64,000 nucleotides of DNA from Candidatus Faecousia faecavium (GCA_018712645.1 DVGO01000062.1:4195-68194), one strand, 5' to 3'; positions 39,341 through 48,401 are shown, counted from the first letter of the stretch. The notes: generated by a model not told the origin, from the sequence alone. Program-made: numbers and translations.

Positions 39341-40270
39341 TTAGATCAGGTCCAGCAGGCCGGCTTCCTTGGCGATGTAAGCCACATCCTCGTACTTGTT
39401 CAGTGCGTACAGGTGGATGCCGTTGATGCCGCAGGCGCGGTACTCGTCGATCTGGTTGATGGTGTACTCGATACCAGCAGCCTTGAAGGATGCCTTCTTG
39501 CCCTCTACGTCGGCATCGAAGGGATCCTTGACGAAGGGGTTGGGGAAGATCCAGTTCTTGGAGATGATCTCACACAGGGCACGGGGCATGACGCAGCCGT
39601 TGCGGGACAGAGCCATGTTGATGGTGGCAGCCTGGTCCAGGATGGGCATGATACCCACGTCCACCGGCATCCAGATGCCTGCGGCACGGATAGCGTCCAG
39701 CCAGTAACGGAACTGATCCATATCCCAGCACAGCTGAGTCATGATGTAGTCAGCGCCGTTGTCCTGCTTCTGCTTCAGGAAGGCGATGTCTGCTTCCAGG
39801 GAACGGCAGGCAATGTGGCCCTCGGGGGAACCAGCAACTGCGATGGTGAACTTGTCGCCGAACTCCTGACGAACGAACTTAACCAGCTCGGTAGCGTAAT
39901 GCAGGTCGCCGCCGGTGCCGGTCCAGCCGAAGGGCAGGTCGCCGCGCAGGGCCAGCATGTGGTTGATGCCATGGTCCAGGTAGGTCTGCAGCTGCTCCTT
40001 GATGCCTTCCTTGGTGTTGCCGATGCAGGTGAAATGGGTCACGCCGGTGGTCTTGCCGTCCTTGACAATCTTGTCCAGGACTTCCAGGTTCTTGCCGACA
40101 TTGGTGCCGCCTGCGCCGTAGGTGCAGGAGATGTAGTCGGGGTTCAGGGTGTACAGCTGATCCAGAACGCCGCCTTCACCGCACAGTTTCTCCATGCCCA
40201 CATCCGTCTTGGGAGGGAACACCTCGAAAGAGAACGCAGCGCGCTTGTCCAGGATATCCATAACAGACAT
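39341..40270 (-). CDS. metF: 5,10-methylene-THF reductase
   Basis: SFEVFPPK, TYGAGG, HFTC, LALRGD, PEGH, GADYIMTQL, GIHLYALN. Confidence 0.95.
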   Translation of the reverse strand: MSVMDILDKRAAFSFEVFPPKTDVGMEKLCGEGGVLDQLYTLNPDYISCTYGAGGTNVGKNLEVLDKIVKDGKTTGVTHFTCIGNTKEGIKEQLQTYLDHGINHMLALRGDLPFGWTGTGGDLHYATELVKFVRQEFGDKFTIAVAGSPEGHIACRSLEADIAFLKQKQDNGADYIMTQLCWDMDQFRYWLDAIRAAGIWMPVDVGIMPILDQAATINMALSRNGCVMPRALCEIISKNWIFPNPFVKDPFDADVEGKKASFKAAGIEYTINQIDEYRACGINGIHLYALNKYEDVAYIAKEAGLLDLI

Positions 40271-40353
40271 ACTTTTTTACCTCCTAATATTTACATCAAT
40301 GGATAACGGTATATCATCGCATGGGCGCACTGCGCCCATATCGATACAACGAT

Positions 40354-40382
40354 ATCGTATCATAATTTCATCTTAAATTCAA
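40354..40382 (-). promoter_or_regulatory. Sigma-A promoter of metF-acs operon
   Basis: Minus strand TTGAAT-17 bp-TACGAT with extended TG; overlapped by palindrome ACGATATCGT (40349-40358). Confidence 0.65.
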
Positions 40383-40433
40383 CCCAAAATTTACGATATT
40401 TTATAAAATTTTGCCAGATGCTCCCGAGCAGGC

Positions 40434-40661
40434 TCACAGAGGGGTAAAGACAAATTTCTCCATCATTCCGTCCACCAGGGCGTGGATGGTCACCGTGCCC
40501 TCCGCCCCCGGCTCCACGGTCAGTTCCAGCTGCTTTCCCGCCAGACGGGATTTCAGGTACTCCACCGGGTCATCGCACTGGATTTCCTCGAAGAAAATGT
40601 CCCGCATCTGATTGTTGCGGCAAAGATTTTTGATTTCATGCACCAGTTCATATTCCGCCAT
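40434..40661 (-). CDS. Small hypothetical protein (75 aa)
   Basis: AAGGAG RBS, ATG 40661, continues the minus-strand gene run. Confidence 0.75.
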   Translation of the reverse strand: MAEYELVHEIKNLCRNNQMRDIFFEEIQCDDPVEYLKSRLAGKQLELTVEPGAEGTVTIHALVDGMMEKFVFTPL

Positions 40662-40675
40662 GACAAACACTCCTT

Positions 40676-41359
40676 TTAAAGTTTTTCCAGCAGCGCTTCC
40701 AGCTGGGTCAGGTTTTCAATCTGGTAGTCGGGGAAAATGCTTCCGCAGCTTTCCTTTCTGGGATTGACCCAGATGGTGGTGATTCCGGCGTTGATTCCCC
40801 CCTGGATATCCGAACTGAGGCTGTCACCCACCATCACCGTTTTCTCCGGAGAAAATCCCGGCATTCTGGCAAAGCAGGCGTTAAAAAACTCCTTGGCCGG
40901 CTTATTGAACCCCAGCTCCTGGGAGATAAACACCTGTTCAAAATACCGGTATAAATTGGCGCTGGTCAGGCGGCTGTGCTGCACCCTGGCCGTGCCGTTG
41001 CTGGCCAGAAACAGCCGGTACTTTCCATACAGCCGGTCCAGGGTTTCCAGGGCGCCGGGGAGAAAATAATGTCCCTGGGACAGATTTTTCTCATAACTGC
41101 GGGCACAGGCCGCTGCATCTGCCTGTTTTCCCAGCTGAGAAAACAGCGCGCCAAACCGGTTCACCAGCACCTGATCCCGGGTCATCTTCCCCAGCTCCAG
41201 CTGCTGCCAGTGCCAGCGGTTGATATCGTGGTAAAGATCCAGAACCTCCTGGGTAGGTTCCACGCCGAAGTCGCCGATGGTTTTGGAAATGGCAATGGCT
41301 TCGGCTTTGTGAAAATCCAGGATGGTATCGTCCAGGTCCAGCATCACACATTCAATCAT
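40676..41359 (-). CDS. HAD family nucleotidase, YjjG-like
   Basis: DLDDTILDF, SNG, KP, MVGDSLSSDIQGG. Confidence 0.9.
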   Translation of the reverse strand: MIECVMLDLDDTILDFHKAEAIAISKTIGDFGVEPTQEVLDLYHDINRWHWQQLELGKMTRDQVLVNRFGALFSQLGKQADAAACARSYEKNLSQGHYFLPGALETLDRLYGKYRLFLASNGTARVQHSRLTSANLYRYFEQVFISQELGFNKPAKEFFNACFARMPGFSPEKTVMVGDSLSSDIQGGINAGITTIWVNPRKESCGSIFPDYQIENLTQLEALLEKL

Positions 41360-41921
41360 GGTTTTCTCCTTTTGTTTTTGCTTTGGGCTTGCGCAGTTTC
41401 AATTCTGCGCCCTGCTCTGCGGCAATCCGGTGCAGCACTGCAGATGCCAGCGCCCCCCGGGCTTTGGCATCCAGGTTCTGTCCCTGACTGCGAATGGCTT
41501 CCATCCCCTGCCGCAGGGAAGGCAATTCCAACAGATTTGCCGCCAGGCAAAACAGGGTCTTTTTCCGCCCGTCGTTGTATTGTTCCAACAGCTCGGTTAA
41601 AATTGCCATTTTTTCCCGTTGTTCCCGGTTATAGGCTTCGATGCCAATGCATTTGGCTTTTTCCAAATCCTCTAGTCTTCTCTGGTGGGTGATGAAAGAG
41701 TCATATGCATCCGGATGGCCGCACTTCTGGCAGGGATATTCCGGGCAGCGGAAACAGTATTCCACATTCCTGTGTTCCATGGCGCACCGGGCGATGGAGC
41801 AGGACTGGTTGCCATTTCCGCAGCCGCCGCAGTATTTTCCCAAGAACATGGGGCACAACCCGCAATTCAAGCCGCACAAGCTTAACAGCTGATTCTCCCG
41901 AACAAATCCTTTCATACCCAT
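41352..41921 (-). CDS. DUF3795 cysteine-rich protein
   Basis: CGLNCGLCP, CGGC, CSIARC, YCFRCPEYPC; start may be 41915. Confidence 0.82.
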   Translation of the reverse strand: MGMKGFVRENQLLSLCGLNCGLCPMFLGKYCGGCGNGNQSCSIARCAMEHRNVEYCFRCPEYPCQKCGHPDAYDSFITHQRRLEDLEKAKCIGIEAYNREQREKMAILTELLEQYNDGRKKTLFCLAANLLELPSLRQGMEAIRSQGQNLDAKARGALASAVLHRIAAEQGAELKLRKPKAKTKGENHD

Positions 41922-42397
41922 TTCCCTTCTGACCAGGCAATCAGTTCCAGGGCTTTCTGTTTCAGCATAGAAACCGTCCCATCTCCATCGGCCAGGTTCC
42001 AGCCGTCCGGCAGCGGCGATCGCAAAATGTAATCCGACCGCTCCGGGTTCTCCGTCCGCAGAAAGGGGCAGTCCTCAGCCGCCAGCACAGGAAACCATCG
42101 CTTCTGACTGCTCCGGTTGACTCCGGACAGCCACACTTCCAACCGGAACTGCCGGTGCAGGAATACCACCGCGATTTTCAGCCCCCGGCTTTTCAGTTCC
42201 TGGCTGGTAAACTGAAAATAGGAATAATCCATGGCATTGTCTACGATATTTCCCTGGAACTGAAACTGGGGCATTTCTTTTTCCATCTGAACCCGCAAAA
42301 AGCGGAACAATCGCACAAATTCCCCATAGCTGTCTGCCAGGGATGTGGTCTGCACCAACTGTCTGTAAGTTTCCAGCAAACCGGCGTCAAACTGCAA
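41912..42397 (-). CDS. Hypothetical protein
   Basis: TTG start after GAGGTG RBS, tightly packed between rsmA and the DUF3795 gene. Confidence 0.75.
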   Translation of the reverse strand: MQFDAGLLETYRQLVQTTSLADSYGEFVRLFRFLRVQMEKEMPQFQFQGNIVDNAMDYSYFQFTSQELKSRGLKIAVVFLHRQFRLEVWLSGVNRSSQKRWFPVLAAEDCPFLRTENPERSDYILRSPLPDGWNLADGDGTVSMLKQKALELIAWSEGKWV

Positions 42398-42408
42398 AGC
42401 CCCTCACC

Positions 42409-43275
42409 TCAGTGTGTAACGTATCGGTCAATTTCCGCCGCAATCCGGGCAAATTCCGGAATGCCCAAAGTCTCTCCCCGGACATTGGCGTCAAATCCGG
42501 CAGCGGCAATCACCTCTGCCGCCCCGGTTTTTCCCAGCTCCGGGAAGCCGGAGGCCAGGCCGTTGGACAGCTTCTTGCGCCGCATGGCAAAGCTGGCCCG
42601 CACCAGCCGGAAGAAGGTCTTTTCATTGTCCACCTTCCAGGGCCGCTCCCGGTAGGTTTTCAAGGAAATCACCGCCGAGGTCACCTTGGGCTGGGGCAGG
42701 AAGCAGTGGGCCGGCACATCAAAGAGCAGCTCCGGCTGGGCATAATACTGGCAGAATACAGAAAACGCGCCGTAGTCCGCGCTGCCCGGGGCCGCCGCAA
42801 TCCGTTGGGCCACTTCCTTCTGCACCATCACCGTGACGGAGTCAAAGCAGTCCGCTTCCAGCAGCGCCGTCAGGATGGGGGATGTAATATAGTAAGGGAG
42901 GTTTGCACAGGCCATGGGACGCAGGCCGGGGAATTTTTCCTTCACCAGCGCCGGAACATCCAGTTTCAGCACGTCGTCCCACAGGATTTCCAGGTTGGAA
43001 AACTCTCCCACCGTCAGATCCAGAATGGGTTTCAGGCGGCTGTCCAGCTCCACAGCGCAGACCTTCCCCGCCCGCAGGCACAGCTGCTGGGTCAGCGGGC
43101 CGATGCCCGGTCCGATTTCCAGCACACCGGTACTTTCGTCCACCCCCGCATCCTCCGCAATGGACCGGGGCACCCAGGGAGCAATGAGGAAATTCTGTCC
43201 TTTGGCCTTGGAAAAGTGGAAGCCATGCTGGGCAAGCAGGGGCTTCATCACCTGAATATCACATACGTCAACCAT
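42409..43275 (-). CDS. rsmA: 16S rRNA adenine dimethyltransferase
   Basis: GQNFL, LEIGPGIGPLT, ANLPYYITSP, MVQKEVA, FLPQPKVTS. Confidence 0.96.
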   Translation of the reverse strand: MVDVCDIQVMKPLLAQHGFHFSKAKGQNFLIAPWVPRSIAEDAGVDESTGVLEIGPGIGPLTQQLCLRAGKVCAVELDSRLKPILDLTVGEFSNLEILWDDVLKLDVPALVKEKFPGLRPMACANLPYYITSPILTALLEADCFDSVTVMVQKEVAQRIAAAPGSADYGAFSVFCQYYAQPELLFDVPAHCFLPQPKVTSAVISLKTYRERPWKVDNEKTFFRLVRASFAMRRKKLSNGLASGFPELGKTGAAEVIAAAGFDANVRGETLGIPEFARIAAEIDRYVTH

Positions 43276-43537
43276 AACACAAACCGCCTTTCTTCTGCCC
43301 TCATGATAGCAGAACAAAGGCGGTTTTGCAATGGAAAGTTCACCCCGGCGGCAAGGCAAGGCCAGCGCCATACCGGCGCAAATCCCACAGCCAAGGAAGA
43401 TCCCGGCCTCTCCGGACATTTGCCCATTTTGCCCCAGCGCTCCCCTGCTGAGGCAAAGAATAGGACAGTCCCCGTGATCTTCCTATGGCAGTGGTGGTGC
43501 AGATCCTCCCCCGGCGGCCGTGGGTAATCCCATAGGC

Positions 43538-43663
43538 TCAGGCAAATGTCATCTGAGCCAGCAGCCCCATCAGTGACAGAAGCAGCATCATCGTCATTCC
43601 CAGCAGATACAGACGGATCATGGAAAATCTTCTTTTTCTTCCCGATGGCTTAAGCTTTAACAT
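43538..43663 (-). CDS. 41-aa single-TM membrane peptide (below ORF-track cutoff)
   Basis: MLKLKPSGRKRRFSMIRLYLLGMTMMLLLSLMGLLAQMTFA; AGGAGG RBS; own promoter upstream. Confidence 0.7.
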   Translation of the reverse strand: MLKLKPSGRKRRFSMIRLYLLGMTMMLLLSLMGLLAQMTFA

Positions 43664-43759
43664 AGCGGCTCCTCCTGCAAAATGCGGTAAACATATCCTT
43701 CCGGAATAAATGGTATCAAAATATTACATTTTGTTTTCCACATTTCCTTTGGTGGCTTC

Positions 43760-43787
43760 ATTATACCAAATAGTTCCAAAAAGTCAA
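43760..43787 (-). promoter_or_regulatory. Sigma-A promoter of the small-peptide gene
   Basis: Minus strand TTGACT-16 bp-TATAAT with extended TG. Confidence 0.7.
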
Positions 43788-44086
43788 GCTTTTCTTTGTA
43801 ATTCTCATTTTTCGTCAACTTTTTACATTGAATTGTTCGATAAATTATGTAAACCCAAGATGAAGATATTCGTCGTCTCCCGTCTGATTTTGCGATATCC
43901 TGTGTCAAAAAGTTACATTTGTTTACATAAGCTGTCGCATTATGTAATCTCTTGTAAAAATCAGTTACCAACCGATTATGCGCTATGCCTGGTTCCTTCC
44001 AGGGCAAAATCCCATATCCCACCGGCTTTTTCCAGGTGTCGGGGATTGACTTTCCGAAAAAAATGTGCTATTTTTTCACTATCTCA

Positions 44087-44326
44087 AAGGCTGTGACGAA
44101 GACACGCCTTCCCGGTAAGATTCCCAGAGAGGAGCCTCTACGCTGCAATGGCTCTGTTTCCCTGCCGGGGCAGGTCACCACTTCCGAGCCGCATGTGCGG
44201 AAATGCCATGCCGGGTGCGCCCGTTACTGCGTCAATGAGTGACGGCCCATGGCCGTAACCAGGGTGGAACCGTGGAATACTGCTTTGTATCCCACCCCTG
44301 ATTTGTTCAGGGGTGGGTATTTTTTA
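44087..44326 (+). ncRNA. T-box riboswitch (Thr)
   Basis: Stem I with AGAGA and GCTG motifs, specifier ACC at 44177-44179, CCGTTA box, T-box AGGGTGGAACCGTG at 44261, terminator CCCACCCCTGA...TCAGGGGTGGG plus T run; upstream of thrS. Confidence 0.93.
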
Positions 44327-44372
44327 TACCCTCCCCGTCACACTGCCGCATACGCAATAAGGAGGTTATCGT

Positions 44373-46133
44373 ATGTCTGAAGAAAATCTGTACACCTTTG
44401 AAAATCCCGAGTATCGGAAAACCTACTGGCACACCTGCTCCCACATCATGGCTCAGGCCGTCAAGCGGCTGTGGCCCGAGGTGCAGCTGGCCATCGGCCC
44501 CGCCATTGACGAGGGCTGGTATTACGACTTTGACGCTCCCTTCGCCTTCACCCCGGAGCATCTGAGCAAGATTGAAGCCGAGATGAAGAAGATCTGCAAG
44601 GAGCGTGTCCGCATTGAGCGCAGCGAAAAGCCCCGTGCCGAAGCCATCGCCTATATGCAGGAAAAGAATGAGCCTTACAAGGTAGAGCTGATTGAGGATC
44701 TGCCGGAAGACGCAGCCATTTCCTTCTACACCCAGGGCGAGTTCACCGATCTGTGCGCCGGTCCTCACCTGGATCACACCGGCCGGGTCAAGCACAACGG
44801 CTTCAAGCTCACCTCCACCTGCGGCGCCTATTGGCGGGGCGATTCCAACCGGAAGATGCTCCAGCGGATCTACGGCGTGGCCTTCCCCAGCAAGGAGGAC
44901 CTGGAGGCCTACCTGCAGCGCATTGAGGAAGCCAAGAAGCGGGACCACCGGAAGCTGGGCAAGGAGCTGGGCCTGTATATGCTCCGGGATGAAGGCCCCG
45001 GATTTCCCTTCTTCCTGCCCAAGGGCATGGTGCTGCGCAATACCCTGATCGACTACTGGCGTCAGGTCCACAAGCGCTACGGCTACGTGGAGATCTCCAC
45101 CCCCATCATGCTCAACCGGCAGCTGTGGGAGCGCTCCGGCCACTGGGAGCACTACAAGGACAACATGTACACCACCGTCATTGACGATACAGACTTCGCC
45201 ATCAAGCCCATGAACTGCCCCGGCGGCATGCTGGTCTACGCTTCCGAGCCCCACTCCTACCGGGACCTGCCTCTGCGGGTGGGCGAACTGGGCCTGGTGC
45301 ACCGCCACGAGCTCAGCGGCGCCCTGCACGGCCTGTTCCGGGTGCGCTGCTTCACCCAGGACGACGCCCACATCTTCATGACCTGGGACCAGATGAAAGA
45401 CGAGATCAAGAACGTGGTCAAGCTGTTTGACGAGGTGTACTCCGTCTTTGGCCTGAGCTACCAGATCGAAGTGTCCACCATGCCCGAGGACCACATGGGT
45501 GACGAGAAGGACTGGGATTTCGCCACCGAAACCCTGAAACAGGCGGTGACGGAGATGGGCAAGGACTACGTCATCAACGAAGGTGACGGCGCTTTCTACG
45601 GCCCCAAGCTGGACTTCCATCTGTCCGACTCCCTGGGCCGGACCTGGCAGTGCGGCACCATCCAGCTGGATATGCAGCTGCCGGAGCGGTTTGAACTGGA
45701 GTATGTAGGCGCCGACGGTGAGAAGCATCGCCCTGTGATGATCCACCGGGTGGTTCTGGGCTCCATCGAGCGGTTCATCGGCGTGATCACCGAGCATTTT
45801 GCCGGTGCCTTCCCCCTGTGGCTGTCTCCTGTCCAGGTGAAGGTGCTGCCGGTTACCGACCGGGCCCACGAGTACGCCAAGAGCCTGGTTGCCCAGCTGA
45901 CCGACGCCGACATCCGGGCCGAGGGCGACTACCGCAGCGAGAAGCTGGGCTACAAGATTCGGGAAGCCCAGATGCAGAAGATTCCCTATATGCTGGTTGT
46001 CGGCGACCGGGACGTGGAAAACAACACCGTCTCCGTCCGTACCCGTACCGGCGAGGATCTGGGCGCCATGACCATGGCCGACTTCATCGCCAAGTGCCGC
46101 GAGGAAATCGACACCAAGAAGAAGGAAGTTTAA
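44373..46133 (+). CDS. thrS: Threonine--tRNA ligase (no N-terminal TGS domain)
   Basis: HTCSH, DLCAGPH, RDHRKLG, KPMNCPG, FTQDDAH, GAFYGPK, GSIERF. Confidence 0.98.
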   Translation: MSEENLYTFENPEYRKTYWHTCSHIMAQAVKRLWPEVQLAIGPAIDEGWYYDFDAPFAFTPEHLSKIEAEMKKICKERVRIERSEKPRAEAIAYMQEKNEPYKVELIEDLPEDAAISFYTQGEFTDLCAGPHLDHTGRVKHNGFKLTSTCGAYWRGDSNRKMLQRIYGVAFPSKEDLEAYLQRIEEAKKRDHRKLGKELGLYMLRDEGPGFPFFLPKGMVLRNTLIDYWRQVHKRYGYVEISTPIMLNRQLWERSGHWEHYKDNMYTTVIDDTDFAIKPMNCPGGMLVYASEPHSYRDLPLRVGELGLVHRHELSGALHGLFRVRCFTQDDAHIFMTWDQMKDEIKNVVKLFDEVYSVFGLSYQIEVSTMPEDHMGDEKDWDFATETLKQAVTEMGKDYVINEGDGAFYGPKLDFHLSDSLGRTWQCGTIQLDMQLPERFELEYVGADGEKHRPVMIHRVVLGSIERFIGVITEHFAGAFPLWLSPVQVKVLPVTDRAHEYAKSLVAQLTDADIRAEGDYRSEKLGYKIREAQMQKIPYMLVVGDRDVENNTVSVRTRTGEDLGAMTMADFIAKCREEIDTKKKEV

Positions 46134-46148
46134 GATTCTCTTACAATC

Positions 46149-46180
46149 CAAGCCGCCCCACCCGGGGCGGCTTGTTTTTT
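46149..46180 (+). terminator. Intrinsic terminator after thrS
   Basis: CAAGCCGCCCC-ACCC-GGGGCGGCTTG-TTTTTT. Confidence 0.85.
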
Positions 46181-46232
46181 AGGGTGTCGTGTGGTAAAAT
46201 AAGGCCAATTCCCAATTTTGCGAGGTTTCCCT

Positions 46233-47012
46233 ATGAAAGAAAACACTCTGTTTCGCCCCCTGCCCTGGCTGGTCTGCGCCGGGCTGGCGGTGGCTGCCTT
46301 TATTTTGCGGTTTGTACTGTGGGGCTATAGTTTTTCCGCCCTGGTATGCTGCTGCCTGATTGGCATTATCGCCTTTTACGAAATTACCCGGATGCTCCGG
46401 GGCAAATACCCCAAGCCCGTTAGGCTGCTTCGCCGGATTTTCACGGTGTGCCTGGTCATCGGACTGCTGGTGGTGGGTGCTACCGAAGCTGTTATCATTC
46501 ACGCCAGCTTCGGAAGCCCGGAGCAGCCTGTAGACTATGTGGTGGTGTTGGGCGCAAAAGTCCGGGTCACCGGCCCCTCTGCTTCCCTGTGGGATCGGAT
46601 TTACGGCGCCTACGACTACCTGGAAACCCACCCGGATGCCATCGCCATTGTCTCCGGCGGGAAGGGTCTGGACGAGCCCATAACGGAAGCCCAGTCCATG
46701 TACGACGAACTGATTAACCTGGGCATTGATCCGGAGCGGATCTGGATGGAAGACAAAGCCACCTCCACCTGGGAGAACCTGAATTTTACTCTGGATCTGA
46801 TTGAAGAAAAAACCGGCCAGCGGCCCCAGAAACTGGGTGTAGTTTCCAGCGAATACCACCTGTTCCGGGCCAGCCTGTTTGCGAAAAAAAGCGGTGTGGA
46901 GTTTGTGGGCATTCCCGCCCGGACATCCCGCCCCGGACAGATGATTAACCACTTCATGCGGGAAGTGGCTGGTGTCTGGCACTATTTATTATTAGGAGGA
47001 CAATATGATTGA
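46233..47012 (+). CDS. YdcF/ElyC/SanA (DUF218) membrane protein
   Basis: 3 N-terminal TMs, VVLGA, VSGGKG, EA, EDKATSTWEN, SSEYHLFRA, RE. Confidence 0.9.
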   Translation: MKENTLFRPLPWLVCAGLAVAAFILRFVLWGYSFSALVCCCLIGIIAFYEITRMLRGKYPKPVRLLRRIFTVCLVIGLLVVGATEAVIIHASFGSPEQPVDYVVVLGAKVRVTGPSASLWDRIYGAYDYLETHPDAIAIVSGGKGLDEPITEAQSMYDELINLGIDPERIWMEDKATSTWENLNFTLDLIEEKTGQRPQKLGVVSSEYHLFRASLFAKKSGVEFVGIPARTSRPGQMINHFMREVAGVWHYLLLGGQYD

Positions 47013-48045
47013 TCGTAACTATGCAGAATATGCCTGGGAGCAGACCGCCGCGCTGCTTGCCATTGACTCCCCCTCCGGTTTTACCGAAAGCGCTGCCATT
47101 TGGGTAAAGCAGGCTTTTGAGAAGCTGGGCTTTGCAGCGGAAATCACCACCAAAGGCGGCGTGCTGGCAGACCTTGGGGGCAAGGCAGAAGACGACGGTC
47201 TGCTTCTGGAAGCCCACTGTGACACTCTGGGCGGCATGGTCAGCCAGATCAAGGGCAACGGCCGGCTCCAGCTGACCGCCATCGGCGGTATGCGGCCGGA
47301 AAATGGCGAAGCGGAAAACGTCACCGTCTACACCCGCTCCGGCAAAACCATCGAGGGCACCTTCCAGCTGTGCAACGCTTCGGTGCATGTCAACGGTGCC
47401 TACGGCGATACCAAGCGGGAGTACGCCGCCATGGAAGTGGTGCTGGACGAAGACGTGTCTTCCGCCGAAGATACCCGGAAACTGGGCATCGAGGTTGGGG
47501 ACTACGTCTGCTTTGACCCCCGCACCCGGCGCACGGCCTCCGGCTATCTGAAAAGTCGGTTCCTGGACGATAAGCTGTCCGTAGGCATTCTGCTGGGCTT
47601 TGCCAAGTATCTTGCTGACAACCACATCACCCCCGCCCGGAAAACCTACGCCCACATCACCGTTTACGAGGAAGTGGGTCACGGCGGCTCCGCTTCTGTC
47701 CCCGCCGGGGTCACGGAAGCCATTTCCGTGGACATGGGCTGCGTGGGCGATGGCCTGAGCTGCACCGAGCGGCAGGTGAGCATCTGCGCCAAGGATTCCG
47801 GCGGCCCCTACAGCTACGAAGTGGTAGGAAAGCTCATTGACGCCGCCAAGAAAACCGGCGCTGACTACGCAGTAGACGTGTACCCCCACTACGGCTCCGA
47901 CGTGGAAGCCACATTGCGCTCCGGCCACGACCTGCGCCATGGCCTGATTGGTGCCGGCGTCTACGCCAGCCACGGCTACGAGCGCAGCCACATGGATGGG
48001 ATCTACAACACCCTGAAAGTCCTCCAGGGCTATCTGGAGGTGTGA
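47005..48045 (+). CDS. M42 family metallopeptidase
   Basis: IDSPSG, AHCDTLG, SRFLDDK, EEVGHG, KDSGGPY, ASHGYER. Confidence 0.92.
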   Translation: MIDRNYAEYAWEQTAALLAIDSPSGFTESAAIWVKQAFEKLGFAAEITTKGGVLADLGGKAEDDGLLLEAHCDTLGGMVSQIKGNGRLQLTAIGGMRPENGEAENVTVYTRSGKTIEGTFQLCNASVHVNGAYGDTKREYAAMEVVLDEDVSSAEDTRKLGIEVGDYVCFDPRTRRTASGYLKSRFLDDKLSVGILLGFAKYLADNHITPARKTYAHITVYEEVGHGGSASVPAGVTEAISVDMGCVGDGLSCTERQVSICAKDSGGPYSYEVVGKLIDAAKKTGADYAVDVYPHYGSDVEATLRSGHDLRHGLIGAGVYASHGYERSHMDGIYNTLKVLQGYLEV

Positions 48046-48401
48046 GTATGGCTTGGGATCGGGACAAGGAACGGAAGGCTGGAAAGGTGATGACCCTGGG
48101 CGGCTGTATTTTTGCCCTGGTCTTTGCCCTGATCTGGTGCGGCGTGGTGGTGTCCATGGGTGCCTGGCTCATGCTGATTCCCGGTCTGTTTATTGTGGGG
48201 ATTACCGGCTACCGGCTGGTGCTGTGTATTCAGTGGAGCAAGGAGCAGAAAGCCCCCCAAAAAGAGGCAGACCCCTGGGATCGCCCCGCCCCTTCTGCAC
48301 CCCAGACGCAGCAGCACGCAAACGGCTTCTGCCCCTACTGCGGCAGCCCTATTTCCGAAGACTTTACCTACTGCCCCAAATGCGGTAGGCGCATGGAATA
48401 A
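48042..48401 (+). CDS. Two-TM protein with C-terminal zinc ribbon
   Basis: CPYCG...YCPKCG; start may be ATG 48048 (GGAGG RBS). Confidence 0.8.
   Translation: MSMAWDRDKERKAGKVMTLGGCIFALVFALIWCGVVVSMGAWLMLIPGLFIVGITGYRLVLCIQWSKEQKAPQKEADPWDRPAPSAPQTQQHANGFCPYCGSPISEDFTYCPKCGRRME

Noticed and set aside
9083-40339. Near-identical hairpins at 9083-9101 (ATGGGCGCATTGCGCTCAT) and 40321-40339 (ATGGGCGCACTGCGCCCAT) as a REP-like repeat
   Set aside because: Only two copies of a short self-complementary sequence in different functional contexts; insufficient for a repeat family.
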